Shown piece after piece: positions 56,670 through 64,000 of a DNA stretch of 64,000 nucleotides. The DNA is taken from the NCBI GenBank assembly GCA_031370785.1, contig JANMQY010000023.1:1-64000 (forward strand), in the 5' to 3' direction. The number at the start of each line of letters is the position of its first letter. Positions within the stretch are counted from its first letter, which is position 1. Origin of the DNA: Candidatus Eiseniibacteriota bacterium. GTDB lineage: Bacteria > Eisenbacteria > RBG-16-71-46. The notes beneath the pieces are model-generated. The model was not told the origin of the DNA. It made no database searches and was given only the letters and a program-made list of their open reading frames with translations. The position numbers were made by a program, and so were the translations under genes.

Positions 56670-57788
56670 CTAGGAAGTCAGTCGCTCCGGGTTCAGCCCT
56701 TCCAGATCGGGGACCACGAAGCGGCCGTCCTTGCGCACCAGCTCGCCGTCGAACCGGATCTCTCCGCCGCCGTAGTCCGGCCGCTGAATGAGCACCAGGT
56801 CCCAGTGGATCTGCGAGCGGTTGCCGTTGTCGGCGATGGTATAGGCCTGGCCGGGCGTGAAGTGCAGCGATCCTGCGATCTTCTCGTCGAACAGCGTGTC
56901 CTTCATCGGCGTCGTGATGTACGGATTGAATCCCAGCGAGAACTCGCCGATGTAGCGCGCGCCCTCGTCGGTGTTCAGCAGATCGTCGAGCCGGCCCTGC
57001 GGGCTTCCGACCGCCTTCACGATGCGCCCCCCTTCGAAGGTGAAGGCCAGGTTCTCGAAGGTGGTGCCGAGGTAGAGCGACGGCGTGTTGTAGGCGATGG
57101 TTCCCTGGACCGAGTCGCGCACCGGTGCGGTGAAGCACTCGCCGTCGGGCAGGTTGCGGCGGCCCTCGCAGGGAACCACCCCGATTCCCTTGATGCTGAA
57201 CGAGAGGTCCGTGCCCGGGCCGTGGATCTGCACGCGGTCGGTGCGGGCCATGCGGGCCTCCAGCGGCTTCATCGCGTCGCTCATGCGCGCGTAGTCGAGC
57301 GTGCACACCCGGTAGTAGAGATCCTCGAACTGTTCGGTGCTCATGTTCGCCATCTGCGCCATCGAGGGCGTGGGATAGCGCAGCACGACCCAGCGCGTGT
57401 GATTGACTCGATAGTCGAGATGGACCGGCTGCGCGACCAGCCGGGTGTAGAGCCCCATGCGATCGACGGGCACGTCGGAGAGCTCGGAGCTGTTTTCGGC
57501 GCCGCGCAGACCGACGTAGGCCTGGACCTTCTGCATCTGGAACAGCTCGAGCTCGCTCTGAAGCTGGAACTGGGCTTCGTTGCCGCCGGCGATCAGGCTC
57601 CGATTCACCACGTTGCTGCGCAGGAACACGACTGGGATCGCGCCGGCGCGCTGCGCTTCCTCGACCAGATCGAGCACCAGCCCGTCCGCAACGTCGAAAG
57701 CTTCGATCAGCACGCGCTCGCCGGGCTCGAGCCGGGTGGAGTGGTGCACGACCACCTTGGCGAGGCGGGCATTACGTGGGTCGCGCAT
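56670..57788 (-). CDS. Aminopeptidase, M29 (AmpS/aminopeptidase T) family
   Basis: NLPDGECFTAP, GEFSLG, LFDEKIAGSLH, G.AY, NRSQIHWDLV; SD GGAGGT. Confidence 0.92.
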   Translation of the reverse strand: MRDPRNARLAKVVVHHSTRLEPGERVLIEAFDVADGLVLDLVEEAQRAGAIPVVFLRSNVVNRSLIAGGNEAQFQLQSELELFQMQKVQAYVGLRGAENSSELSDVPVDRMGLYTRLVAQPVHLDYRVNHTRWVVLRYPTPSMAQMANMSTEQFEDLYYRVCTLDYARMSDAMKPLEARMARTDRVQIHGPGTDLSFSIKGIGVVPCEGRRNLPDGECFTAPVRDSVQGTIAYNTPSLYLGTTFENLAFTFEGGRIVKAVGSPQGRLDDLLNTDEGARYIGEFSLGFNPYITTPMKDTLFDEKIAGSLHFTPGQAYTIADNGNRSQIHWDLVLIQRPDYGGGEIRFDGELVRKDGRFVVPDLEGLNPERLTS

Positions 57789-57951
57789 GAGACCTCCGGA
57801 GCGTCTGTGCGTCGGATCGAGATCGAAGTGGAGCGTCAGGCAGGGCGGGAAATCTATCACAGCCGGGCATCGGTTTGACGCAGCGCCGCACGGCGCGGCA
57901 CTCTCGCGATTCACTGCTCCCGCCCGGCCATCCCGCTTTCCCGGAGGCTTC

Positions 57952-59040
57952 ATGTCGCGCGTTCGCGTGGGCCTACTCGGTACTTCCTTCGGCCGTCTCG
58001 TGCAGGCGGCCGCCTTTCAGCGCCATCCGGGCTTCGAGCTGGTCGCGATCGCCGGATCGAACGAGGAGAAGACGCGGCGCATCGCCGGCGAGCTCGGCCT
58101 GGCGCAGGCGTTCGGAGACTGGCGGCGCCTGCTCGCCGAGGTGAAGCCGGATCTGGTGAGCATCGCGACGCCGGTCGACCTCCACCATCCCATGATGCTC
58201 GCGGCGCTCGAGGCGGGAGCGCACGTCCTGTGCGAGAAGCCGACCGCGCTCCACCGCTTCCAGGCCCTGGAGATGCGCGACGCCGCGAGCGCCCGCGGCC
58301 GGGTCGCCGCGATCAATCACGAGTTTCGGTTCTTCCCGGCGCGTCGGCTCGCGCTCGAGATCGTGCGAGCGGGCGGCATCGGCGTGCCGCGTCGGGGCGA
58401 GATTCTCGGGCGTTATCCGATCTGGGCGACGCCCGGCTCGCGCGGGATGAGCTGGCTCTCGGACCGCGCGCGCGGCGGCGGCATTCTCGGCGCGCTCGGC
58501 TCGCACCACACCGACTGCCTGCGCACGTTCTTCGGCGAGCCCCAGAGCGCGCTGGCCTCGGTGCGCGTGGACCAGCCCCGGCGCGGACCGACCCCTTCCG
58601 ATCCGTCGAGCGCTCTGGCGACCGCCGACGATTCGTGCACGGTGCAGTACGCCTTCGCCGGCGGCGCGACCGCGCTCATCGACCTGAGCGGGTGCACGCC
58701 CTACCGGTGGGAGCGTTTCGAGATTCACGGCAGTGAAGCGTCCCTGCGCTGGGATGAGACCGGCTACCATCTGTGGCGGCTCGCGGTGGGGAAGGAGCCC
58801 GAGGAGTTGCCGATCCCGGCCGCGCTCGCCCTCGCGCCGCGCGAGGGCGATCCGGCATTGGTCGCGCCGTTCGGCGCCCTGATCGAGCGGCTTCACCGCG
58901 CGATCACCGAACGCGTGCCGATGGAGCCCAGCTTCGACGATGCGGTCGCGGTCCAGTGTGCGCTCGATGCGGCGCGCGCCTCGAGCGACGCCGGGACGAG
59001 GATCTCGGTGGATCATCCGGTTCCGGCCGCGCGCGAGTGA
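57952..59040 (+). CDS. Gfo/Idh/MocA family oxidoreductase
   Basis: RVGLLGT, IATP..LH, HVLCEKP, NHEFRF, GGG.L...GSH..D. Confidence 0.9.
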   Translation: MSRVRVGLLGTSFGRLVQAAAFQRHPGFELVAIAGSNEEKTRRIAGELGLAQAFGDWRRLLAEVKPDLVSIATPVDLHHPMMLAALEAGAHVLCEKPTALHRFQALEMRDAASARGRVAAINHEFRFFPARRLALEIVRAGGIGVPRRGEILGRYPIWATPGSRGMSWLSDRARGGGILGALGSHHTDCLRTFFGEPQSALASVRVDQPRRGPTPSDPSSALATADDSCTVQYAFAGGATALIDLSGCTPYRWERFEIHGSEASLRWDETGYHLWRLAVGKEPEELPIPAALALAPREGDPALVAPFGALIERLHRAITERVPMEPSFDDAVAVQCALDAARASSDAGTRISVDHPVPAARE

Positions 59041-59185
59041 GTGAAAGCGCCGGCTCGGCGAACCGAGCGGCGAAAGCCTCGAGCGCGGCGTGGCGGGTTG
59101 GACCCTGCTTGCGCCGGCCTCTATACTGCTTGCGCAACTAAGGTTTCACAGCACGCCACAGCACCGGCCGAGGAGGGAGTCCGTC

Positions 59186-59914
59186 ATGGCTGACTGGGAT
59201 GTGATCGCCAAGCAGCGCCTGACCGAAGACTGGACCACGCTGCGTGCCGCGTATCTGCCGCTGAATCAGGCGATGCGCCGCACGGTGGAGTTCCTCGAGA
59301 AGGGCGACGGAAGCTTCTCCGACCTGCTGGTGCTCTCCCGCGAGCGCCTCGAAGGATCGCTCAAGAACCTGACCGCGCTGTGCAACCGTCGCTCGCCGTG
59401 GGTGCGGCTCGAGGCGATCCGGAACCTGCGCGTGCTCGGCACCGGGCTCAAGGGCGCCGCCAACGACGACCCGCGCGCGCTCCTGCGTTATCTGTTCGCG
59501 CTGAGCGAGCTGCTCACCAACGTGTGGAAGGACGCGCCGACCGAGGCGCGCGTCACCGAGCACCTGAAGGTGGTCGGCACGCCGGACTTCTGGTTCGGCT
59601 GCGACTGCTGCGCGGTCGGCATCCTCAAGCCGATCGCCCCCGACGACCCGCCCGATCTGGTGCGAGGCAAGGAAGTGCGGCTGGTGTGGGAAGTGGACGC
59701 GCTGTTCGCCTGGACGCTCGATGAGTTCGAGGACTACCTGGCGAGCGAACGCTACACGCTGCCGACCACCGCGAAGATCGCGGCCACCGATGACCTCGGC
59801 GTGCCGGTCGTGGACGTTCCTTCGGAGAGTCTGCGCCGCGGCGGCGAATGGTTCGAGGGTCAGGGTGGAGGGCTGTTCGGCCCGCTCGATCTCAAGTATC
59901 TCGACCTCGGCTGA
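59186..59914 (+). CDS. Hypothetical protein with a CDCC motif
   Basis: Strong SD (AGGAGGGAG) and GC3-biased codons; no family recognised. Confidence 0.7.
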   Translation: MADWDVIAKQRLTEDWTTLRAAYLPLNQAMRRTVEFLEKGDGSFSDLLVLSRERLEGSLKNLTALCNRRSPWVRLEAIRNLRVLGTGLKGAANDDPRALLRYLFALSELLTNVWKDAPTEARVTEHLKVVGTPDFWFGCDCCAVGILKPIAPDDPPDLVRGKEVRLVWEVDALFAWTLDEFEDYLASERYTLPTTAKIAATDDLGVPVVDVPSESLRRGGEWFEGQGGGLFGPLDLKYLDLG

Positions 59915-59996
59915 GTTGGTCGTACCAGTCACAGCAACGCTCGGGCGGGTGAGGGCCGTGCCCCGCCGGACGCATTCACACAAGGAGGGTTACATC

Positions 59997-60401
59997 ATGA
60001 AGGGTTTCCTTACGGTCGCCATTCTCGGCGCGCTGACCCTTTTCGCGGTGTATGCGATCGCCGACGAGAAGATGAGCGACATGAAGATGAAAGCCACCTC
60101 GTCCAGGTCGTGGACGGGCGAGGTCGTGGACACCGGCTGCTATCTCGCGCAAGAAGCCAGGGGCGCGAAGCACAAGGAGTGCGGAACCAAGTGTGTCGCG
60201 AACGGCATGCCGATGGGCCTGCTGACCAATGACGGCAGGCTCTACCTGCTGACGATGGATCACGACAATGCCGATCCCTACAACCAGCTCAAGGAGTGGG
60301 TGGGTTCGATGGTCGTGGTCACGGGCACGCAGCTCGAGCGTTCCGGAATGAAAGCGATCGATGTGACCGGAGCCAAGCCGGTCGCGGTGAAAGCGAAGTA
60401 G
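59997..60401 (+). CDS. Secreted small protein with a C-x10-H-x2-C-x3-C motif (probable metal-binding beta-barrel)
   Basis: SD AAGGAGG, signal peptide, GEVVDTGCYL...HKECGTKC...GMPMGLL. Confidence 0.75.
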   Translation: MKGFLTVAILGALTLFAVYAIADEKMSDMKMKATSSRSWTGEVVDTGCYLAQEARGAKHKECGTKCVANGMPMGLLTNDGRLYLLTMDHDNADPYNQLKEWVGSMVVVTGTQLERSGMKAIDVTGAKPVAVKAK

Positions 60402-60417
60402 CACGCGGCGGAACGGA

Positions 60418-61203
60418 GTGAAGAGGCGGGACCGCCTCTCACTCCGTTTCCGTTTCCCGCACGTGCGCAGACTCATCGGGGTCGTCGTCGCGCTGATCGC
60501 GCTGTTCATGGCGTGGCGCACCGTGAAGCCGGATCTTCCCGCCGCCGAGCGCGGCCGCCGGCTCGCGGAGCGTCTCGGCTGTTTCGGCTGTCACGGCCCC
60601 GAGGGCACCCGCGGCGCGTTCAATCCCGGCCGCCTCGACAAGACCGTTCCCACCTTCGAAGGCGACGTCATGATGTACGCGAAGACGCCCGCCGAGATCC
60701 GCGAGTGGATCGAGAACGGTTCGACTGCGCGCAAGCGCGAGAGCCGGACCTGGCGCGAGCAGCGCGAGAGGGGCGTGCTGCGGATGCCCGCCTTCAAGGA
60801 CCGGCTCGGACGGCGCCAGATCGATGACCTGGTCGCATTCGTTTGGGCGATGGCCGGCGCCGAGATCGCCGACTCGCTGGCCAGGGCCGGACTCGAGCGC
60901 AGCGAGAAGCTGGGCTGCGCGGGATGCCACGGTCCGGGCGGAAGGCTGGCGCGCCGCAATCCGGGCTCGCTCAAAGGCTACGTGCCGTCGTGGGACCGGG
61001 ACGACTTCGCGGACCTGGTGCGCGACAGCTCGGAGTTCCGCCAGTGGGTCGAGCACGGGGTCAGCGACCGCTTCGATCGCAACCCGATCGCGAAGTCGTT
61101 CCTTCGCCGAGCGGTGCTCAAGATGCCGGCCTACGAGAAGCACCTCGAGCCCGGCGATGTTCCGGCCCTGTGGGCCTACGTGAAGTGGCTCCGAAAGAGC
61201 TAA
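60418..61203 (+). CDS. Membrane-anchored diheme cytochrome c
   Basis: N-terminal TM helix and two duplicated domains, each with CxxCH (CFGCH, CAGCH) and a distal MPA(F/Y). Confidence 0.88.
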   Translation: MKRRDRLSLRFRFPHVRRLIGVVVALIALFMAWRTVKPDLPAAERGRRLAERLGCFGCHGPEGTRGAFNPGRLDKTVPTFEGDVMMYAKTPAEIREWIENGSTARKRESRTWREQRERGVLRMPAFKDRLGRRQIDDLVAFVWAMAGAEIADSLARAGLERSEKLGCAGCHGPGGRLARRNPGSLKGYVPSWDRDDFADLVRDSSEFRQWVEHGVSDRFDRNPIAKSFLRRAVLKMPAYEKHLEPGDVPALWAYVKWLRKS

Positions 61204-61249
61204 GCCGGCCTTGGGGTTATGGCGGCCGGCAGATGCGTTCGCTGCCGGT

Positions 61250-61351
61250 CTAGCGGCGGCGGGTCTTCTTGAGCGCGCGGGCTTTGTCCTTCTTCTTGCG
61301 CTGCGAATCCTTGGCGCGCTTACGACGCTGGCGGTGCTTGAAGGAGGTCAT
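61250..61351 (-). CDS. 33-aa highly basic small protein
   Basis: MTSFKHRQRRKRAKDSQRKKKDKARALKKTRRR; SD AGAGGA; own promoter TTGCGG-N17-TAAGGT (61429-61401). Confidence 0.6.
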   Translation of the reverse strand: MTSFKHRQRRKRAKDSQRKKKDKARALKKTRRR

Positions 61352-61527
61352 GAACGTCCTCTTGTGAAGGGAACCGGGCGCCGGATGGGCGCGGCAGCGG
61401 ACCTTAGCCAAGATCGCTTCAAACCGCAAGAAGCGCGCGGGCATCTCGAATGCTGCGGACCGTTCCCGCCCGGTCCGAGCCATCGACACTCTCGCCACCG
61501 CGGTCCCCTTGCCGCGAGGAGAACGAC

Positions 61528-62409
61528 ATGAGTCCGAGCAAGAGCACAGCCGAAGTACTGGTCACGCCCGAATGGGCTGAACAGCATCTGGGCGATCCCG
61601 ACGTCCGCTTCATCGAAGTCGACGTCGACACGACCGCGTATGCGAAGGGCCATCTGCCCGGCGCGGTCTCGTTCAACTGGACCTCGCAGCTGCAGGACCC
61701 GCTTCGCCGCGACATTCTCGACAAGGCACAGTTCGAGGCGCTCGCCTCCGCCGCCGGGCTCGAGCCCGCAACCACGGTGGTCCTGTACGGCGACAACAAC
61801 AACTGGTTCGCGGCGTACGCATTCTGGCTGTTCAAGCTCTACGGTCACCGCGACGTGCGCATCATCGACGGCGGCCGCAAGAAGTGGGAGCTCGACAATC
61901 GCACGCTGACGCGCGACAAGCCGGCTCTCGAGCCGACCCAGTACAAGATCGGCTCGACCGACCCGTCGCTGCGCGCTCTGCGCGAGGAAGTGTTGAGCGG
62001 GCTCGAGAAGAAGGACCGCGTGCTGGTGGACGTGCGCTCGCCGCAGGAATTCAGCGGCGAGGTCATCGCGCCGCCCGGCATGACCGAGACCGCGCAGCGC
62101 GCCGGGCACATCCCCGGCGCGAAGAGCATCCCGTGGTCGCAGGCGGTGCGTGAGGACGGCACCTTCAAGCCGGCCGACGAACTGCGTGCGCTCTATGCGA
62201 AGAACGGCGTGACCGACGAGAAGGACGTGATCGCCTACTGCCGCATCGGCGAGAGGTCGTCACACACGTGGTTCGTGCTGCGCCACCTGCTCGGTTTCCC
62301 CAAGGTGCGCAACTACGACGGCTCCTGGACCGAGTGGGGCTCATCGATCGGGCTGCCGATCGAGAATCCGACGGCAAAGGTGCCGGATACGTCCGAGGTC
62401 TGCGCCTAG
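61528..62409 (+). CDS. Sulfurtransferase (double rhodanese, SseA/CysA-like)
   Basis: GHLPGAV, YGD.NNWFAAY, DVRSP.EF.G, GHIPGA, active site YCRIGERSS, YDGSWTEW. Confidence 0.95.
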   Translation: MSPSKSTAEVLVTPEWAEQHLGDPDVRFIEVDVDTTAYAKGHLPGAVSFNWTSQLQDPLRRDILDKAQFEALASAAGLEPATTVVLYGDNNNWFAAYAFWLFKLYGHRDVRIIDGGRKKWELDNRTLTRDKPALEPTQYKIGSTDPSLRALREEVLSGLEKKDRVLVDVRSPQEFSGEVIAPPGMTETAQRAGHIPGAKSIPWSQAVREDGTFKPADELRALYAKNGVTDEKDVIAYCRIGERSSHTWFVLRHLLGFPKVRNYDGSWTEWGSSIGLPIENPTAKVPDTSEVCA

Positions 62410-62429
62410 GCTCGCCTGCCAAAGAACAG

Positions 62430-62457
62430 CGCCCGGCTCGAACGAGCCGGGCGTTTT
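62430..62457 (+). terminator. Rho-independent terminator after the sulfurtransferase
   Basis: CGCCCGGCTCG-AA-CGAGCCGGGCG followed by TTTT. Confidence 0.75.
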
Positions 62458-62477
62458 CGTTGCGGCAGAACTCGAGG

Positions 62478-62936
62478 TCAGGCGGCGCGGGTGCTGAGCA
62501 CCTTGAGCGCGAGCGATTCGGCATTCGAGCCGGACGCAACCTCTGCGGCCGCGGCGGTCTGCACGTAGATGCGCTCGTTGTTGCTGCCCGGGTCGGCCGG
62601 GAAGATGATGAAACCCTGACGATCGGGGGCGTAGGTCAGCGAGTAGCCGCAGATCAGCTCTCCATCGCGGAACCTTACCGCGAGCTTCTTACCCTGCTGG
62701 GTTTCCCCTGGAGCGGTGATGAAACCGCGCAGATCCTGTCGCTTGGAGTTGCCGGCGTAGTCCCTGACGAAGAAGAGTGCCTTGATCTCCTTGCAGCGCA
62801 CCTCGATCTCCGGACCATTCGGCTGATCGACCGCCTGAATGTGGAACAACGGACGCTGGGGGAAAAAGTCCCGCGTCGTTCCCTTGATGACCTTGCCGCT
62901 GATGAAGTGCGCAACGATTTTGTTATTGTCGGACAC
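62478..62936 (-). CDS. Hypothetical protein with internal duplication (DUF6982-like)
   Basis: KIVAHF.SGKVIKGTTRDFFP, KALFFVRD, V.FRDGELICG, GF.IFPADP.SNNER; SD GGGAGGA before GTG. Confidence 0.75.
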   Translation of the reverse strand: MSDNNKIVAHFISGKVIKGTTRDFFPQRPLFHIQAVDQPNGPEIEVRCKEIKALFFVRDYAGNSKRQDLRGFITAPGETQQGKKLAVRFRDGELICGYSLTYAPDRQGFIIFPADPGSNNERIYVQTAAAAEVASGSNAESLALKVLSTRAA

Positions 62937-63151
62937 CGAGTCCTCCCGATGCTTCGCGGCGGCGCTGAGTCGCGGTACGGAGCCACACGCACGGCGCGAC
63001 GCTTCGCGAGGGTTTTCGGCAGGTGGGAAGGCGGACTTGAGCGCTTCGAGGGCTTGTTTCCGCCCAATCCTGAGGCTAGTCTGCGTCCGCTTGGCCGAGG
63101 CGCGGAACCGCCGCGTCCTCATCGAGTGACTGCTGCCCCTGGGAGGGTGAG

Positions 63152-63559
63152 ATGCGGATATTTCCACGGACGCTGCGCTTCTGGACCGCCTTGATCGTGC
63201 TCGCGTGGTGGTGCGCCCTGCAGACCACACCGGCTGTGGCCGGGCTCGTCCACTCGAGGACGTCGGCCGCCACCACCTCGATCGCCTCCTCGCGCGACGC
63301 CGATCTCATCGTCGTGCAGCGTGCGCTCGAGAACCGGGTGGTCGCCCAGAAGCTGCGCGACTACGGAGTCTCGCAGGGGGACGTACAGCTCAAGCTGGCG
63401 AGCGCTTCCGATCACGACCTGCATACGCTGGCCACCGCGTCCCGCGGATTGCCGAGTGGCGGCGATGATGCCGTCGGACTTCTGATCGGCGTGCTGCTCA
63501 TCGTGATTCTCGTGATCGTGATCCTCAAGCTCATGAACAAGGAGATCGTGGTTCGCTGA
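63152..63559 (+). CDS. PA2779-family protein
   Basis: Signal peptide, V.QKL.DYGV...L...SD..L..LA, then PSGG followed by a hydrophobic C-terminal helix. Confidence 0.8.
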   Translation: MRIFPRTLRFWTALIVLAWWCALQTTPAVAGLVHSRTSAATTSIASSRDADLIVVQRALENRVVAQKLRDYGVSQGDVQLKLASASDHDLHTLATASRGLPSGGDDAVGLLIGVLLIVILVIVILKLMNKEIVVR

Positions 63560-64000
63560 TGCCCGCTTTCATGGCGACGCTGACTCTGATTGCATTGCTG
63601 GCTTCGGCGCCGCCCAGGCTGGAGACCGGTGTCACGCTCGCGGTACCGGTCATCAAGCAGGCGCGCGAGCGTTGCGGTCCGACCGCGCTCGAGATGGTCT
63701 TTCGTTTCTATGGAGCAGACTCGAGCGCGGCGATCGCATCTTCGGCGTACGACCCGGTGCTGCGGGGTTCCCTCATCACCGATCTCGCCGCCGCCGCGCG
63801 GCGCGCCGGATTCCAGGCGACGGTGGACGCTCTCGACGACACGGCGCTGGTGGCGCTGCTGCGCGAGGGCGTCCCGCCGATCGTGCTCTACCAGAACGGC
63901 ACGGGCCCGGTCACACTTCCTCACTTCGCCGTGGTGGCGGGCTGGGATCCCAAGTCCCGCGCCTTCCTGCTCAACGACGGCACCACGCGCCAGCGCACCA
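63559..64000 (+). CDS. C39-like cysteine peptidase (PA2778-like), 3'-truncated by the window edge
   Basis: Not in the ORF track. My translation is MPAFMATLTLIALLA...VPVIKQARERCGPTALEMV...PHFAVVAGWD...LLNDG, with catalytic Q, C, H and D. TGATG coupling to the upstream gene. Confidence 0.85.
   Translation, partial: MPAFMATLTLIALLASAPPRLETGVTLAVPVIKQARERCGPTALEMVFRFYGADSSAAIASSAYDPVLRGSLITDLAAAARRAGFQATVDALDDTALVALLREGVPPIVLYQNGTGPVTLPHFAVVAGWDPKSRAFLLNDGTTRQRT

Noticed and set aside
59045..59075. GC-rich hairpin after the Gfo/Idh/MocA gene as a structured ncRNA
   Set aside because: It is a single short stem-loop with no recognisable riboswitch motif, most simply a transcript-end hairpin.
61439..61454. 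GGGCATCTCGAATGCT as a sigma-54 promoter for the sulfurtransferase
   Set aside because: The spacing fits, but the match is too weak for GC-rich DNA without comparative support.
63132..63151. GCTGCCCCTGGGAGGGTGAG, resembling satD box 2 (14/20) before the PA2779-like gene
   Set aside because: It lacks the TTC...GAA ends and the partner box; the similarity is mostly the shared SD sequence.

Overview
A 64 kb stretch of GC-rich chromosomal backbone from a diderm bacterium. DnaK carries the diderm insertion, secreted proteins end in FlgD/T9SS-like C-terminal domains, and bshC-bshB1-bshA is present. Together these suggest an FCB-associated lineage such as Ca. Eisenbacteria, which is an inference only. 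About 55 CDSs are supported. They include a stand-alone nuoI, hsp20-dnaK, envelope and glycan genes (GT4, GT2, nucleotide-sugar dehydrogenase, uppP, murJ, three GT-C glycosyltransferases), and a long operon bshC-bshB1-bshA-DUF1611-epimerase-kinase-rsgA-thrC-nfeD-slipin. Also present are peptidases, citrate synthase, an isolated BMC-T shell gene, a SatD/DUF3307 module, two secreted beta-propeller glycosidases, ABC-F, a diheme cytochrome c, a rhodanese and a PA2779/C39 peptidase pair. I saw no rRNA, tRNA, CRISPR array or mobile element. Four observations stand out. (1) A satD gene (nucleotide-cyclase-like palm plus HTH) is bracketed by two copies of a 48-bp double-palindrome, each ending 3 nt before a start codon (satD and the DUF3307 membrane protein). 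(2) A near-leaderless 22-aa Cys-rich uORF is coupled by TGATG to bshC and is a candidate cysteine sensor for bacillithiol synthesis. (3) Leaderless-type promoter architecture recurs across the window. (4) A Cys/His periplasmic domain occurs both fused to CtaG and as a stand-alone gene beside a diheme cytochrome. All family assignments come from motifs recognised by eye; no database search was run.
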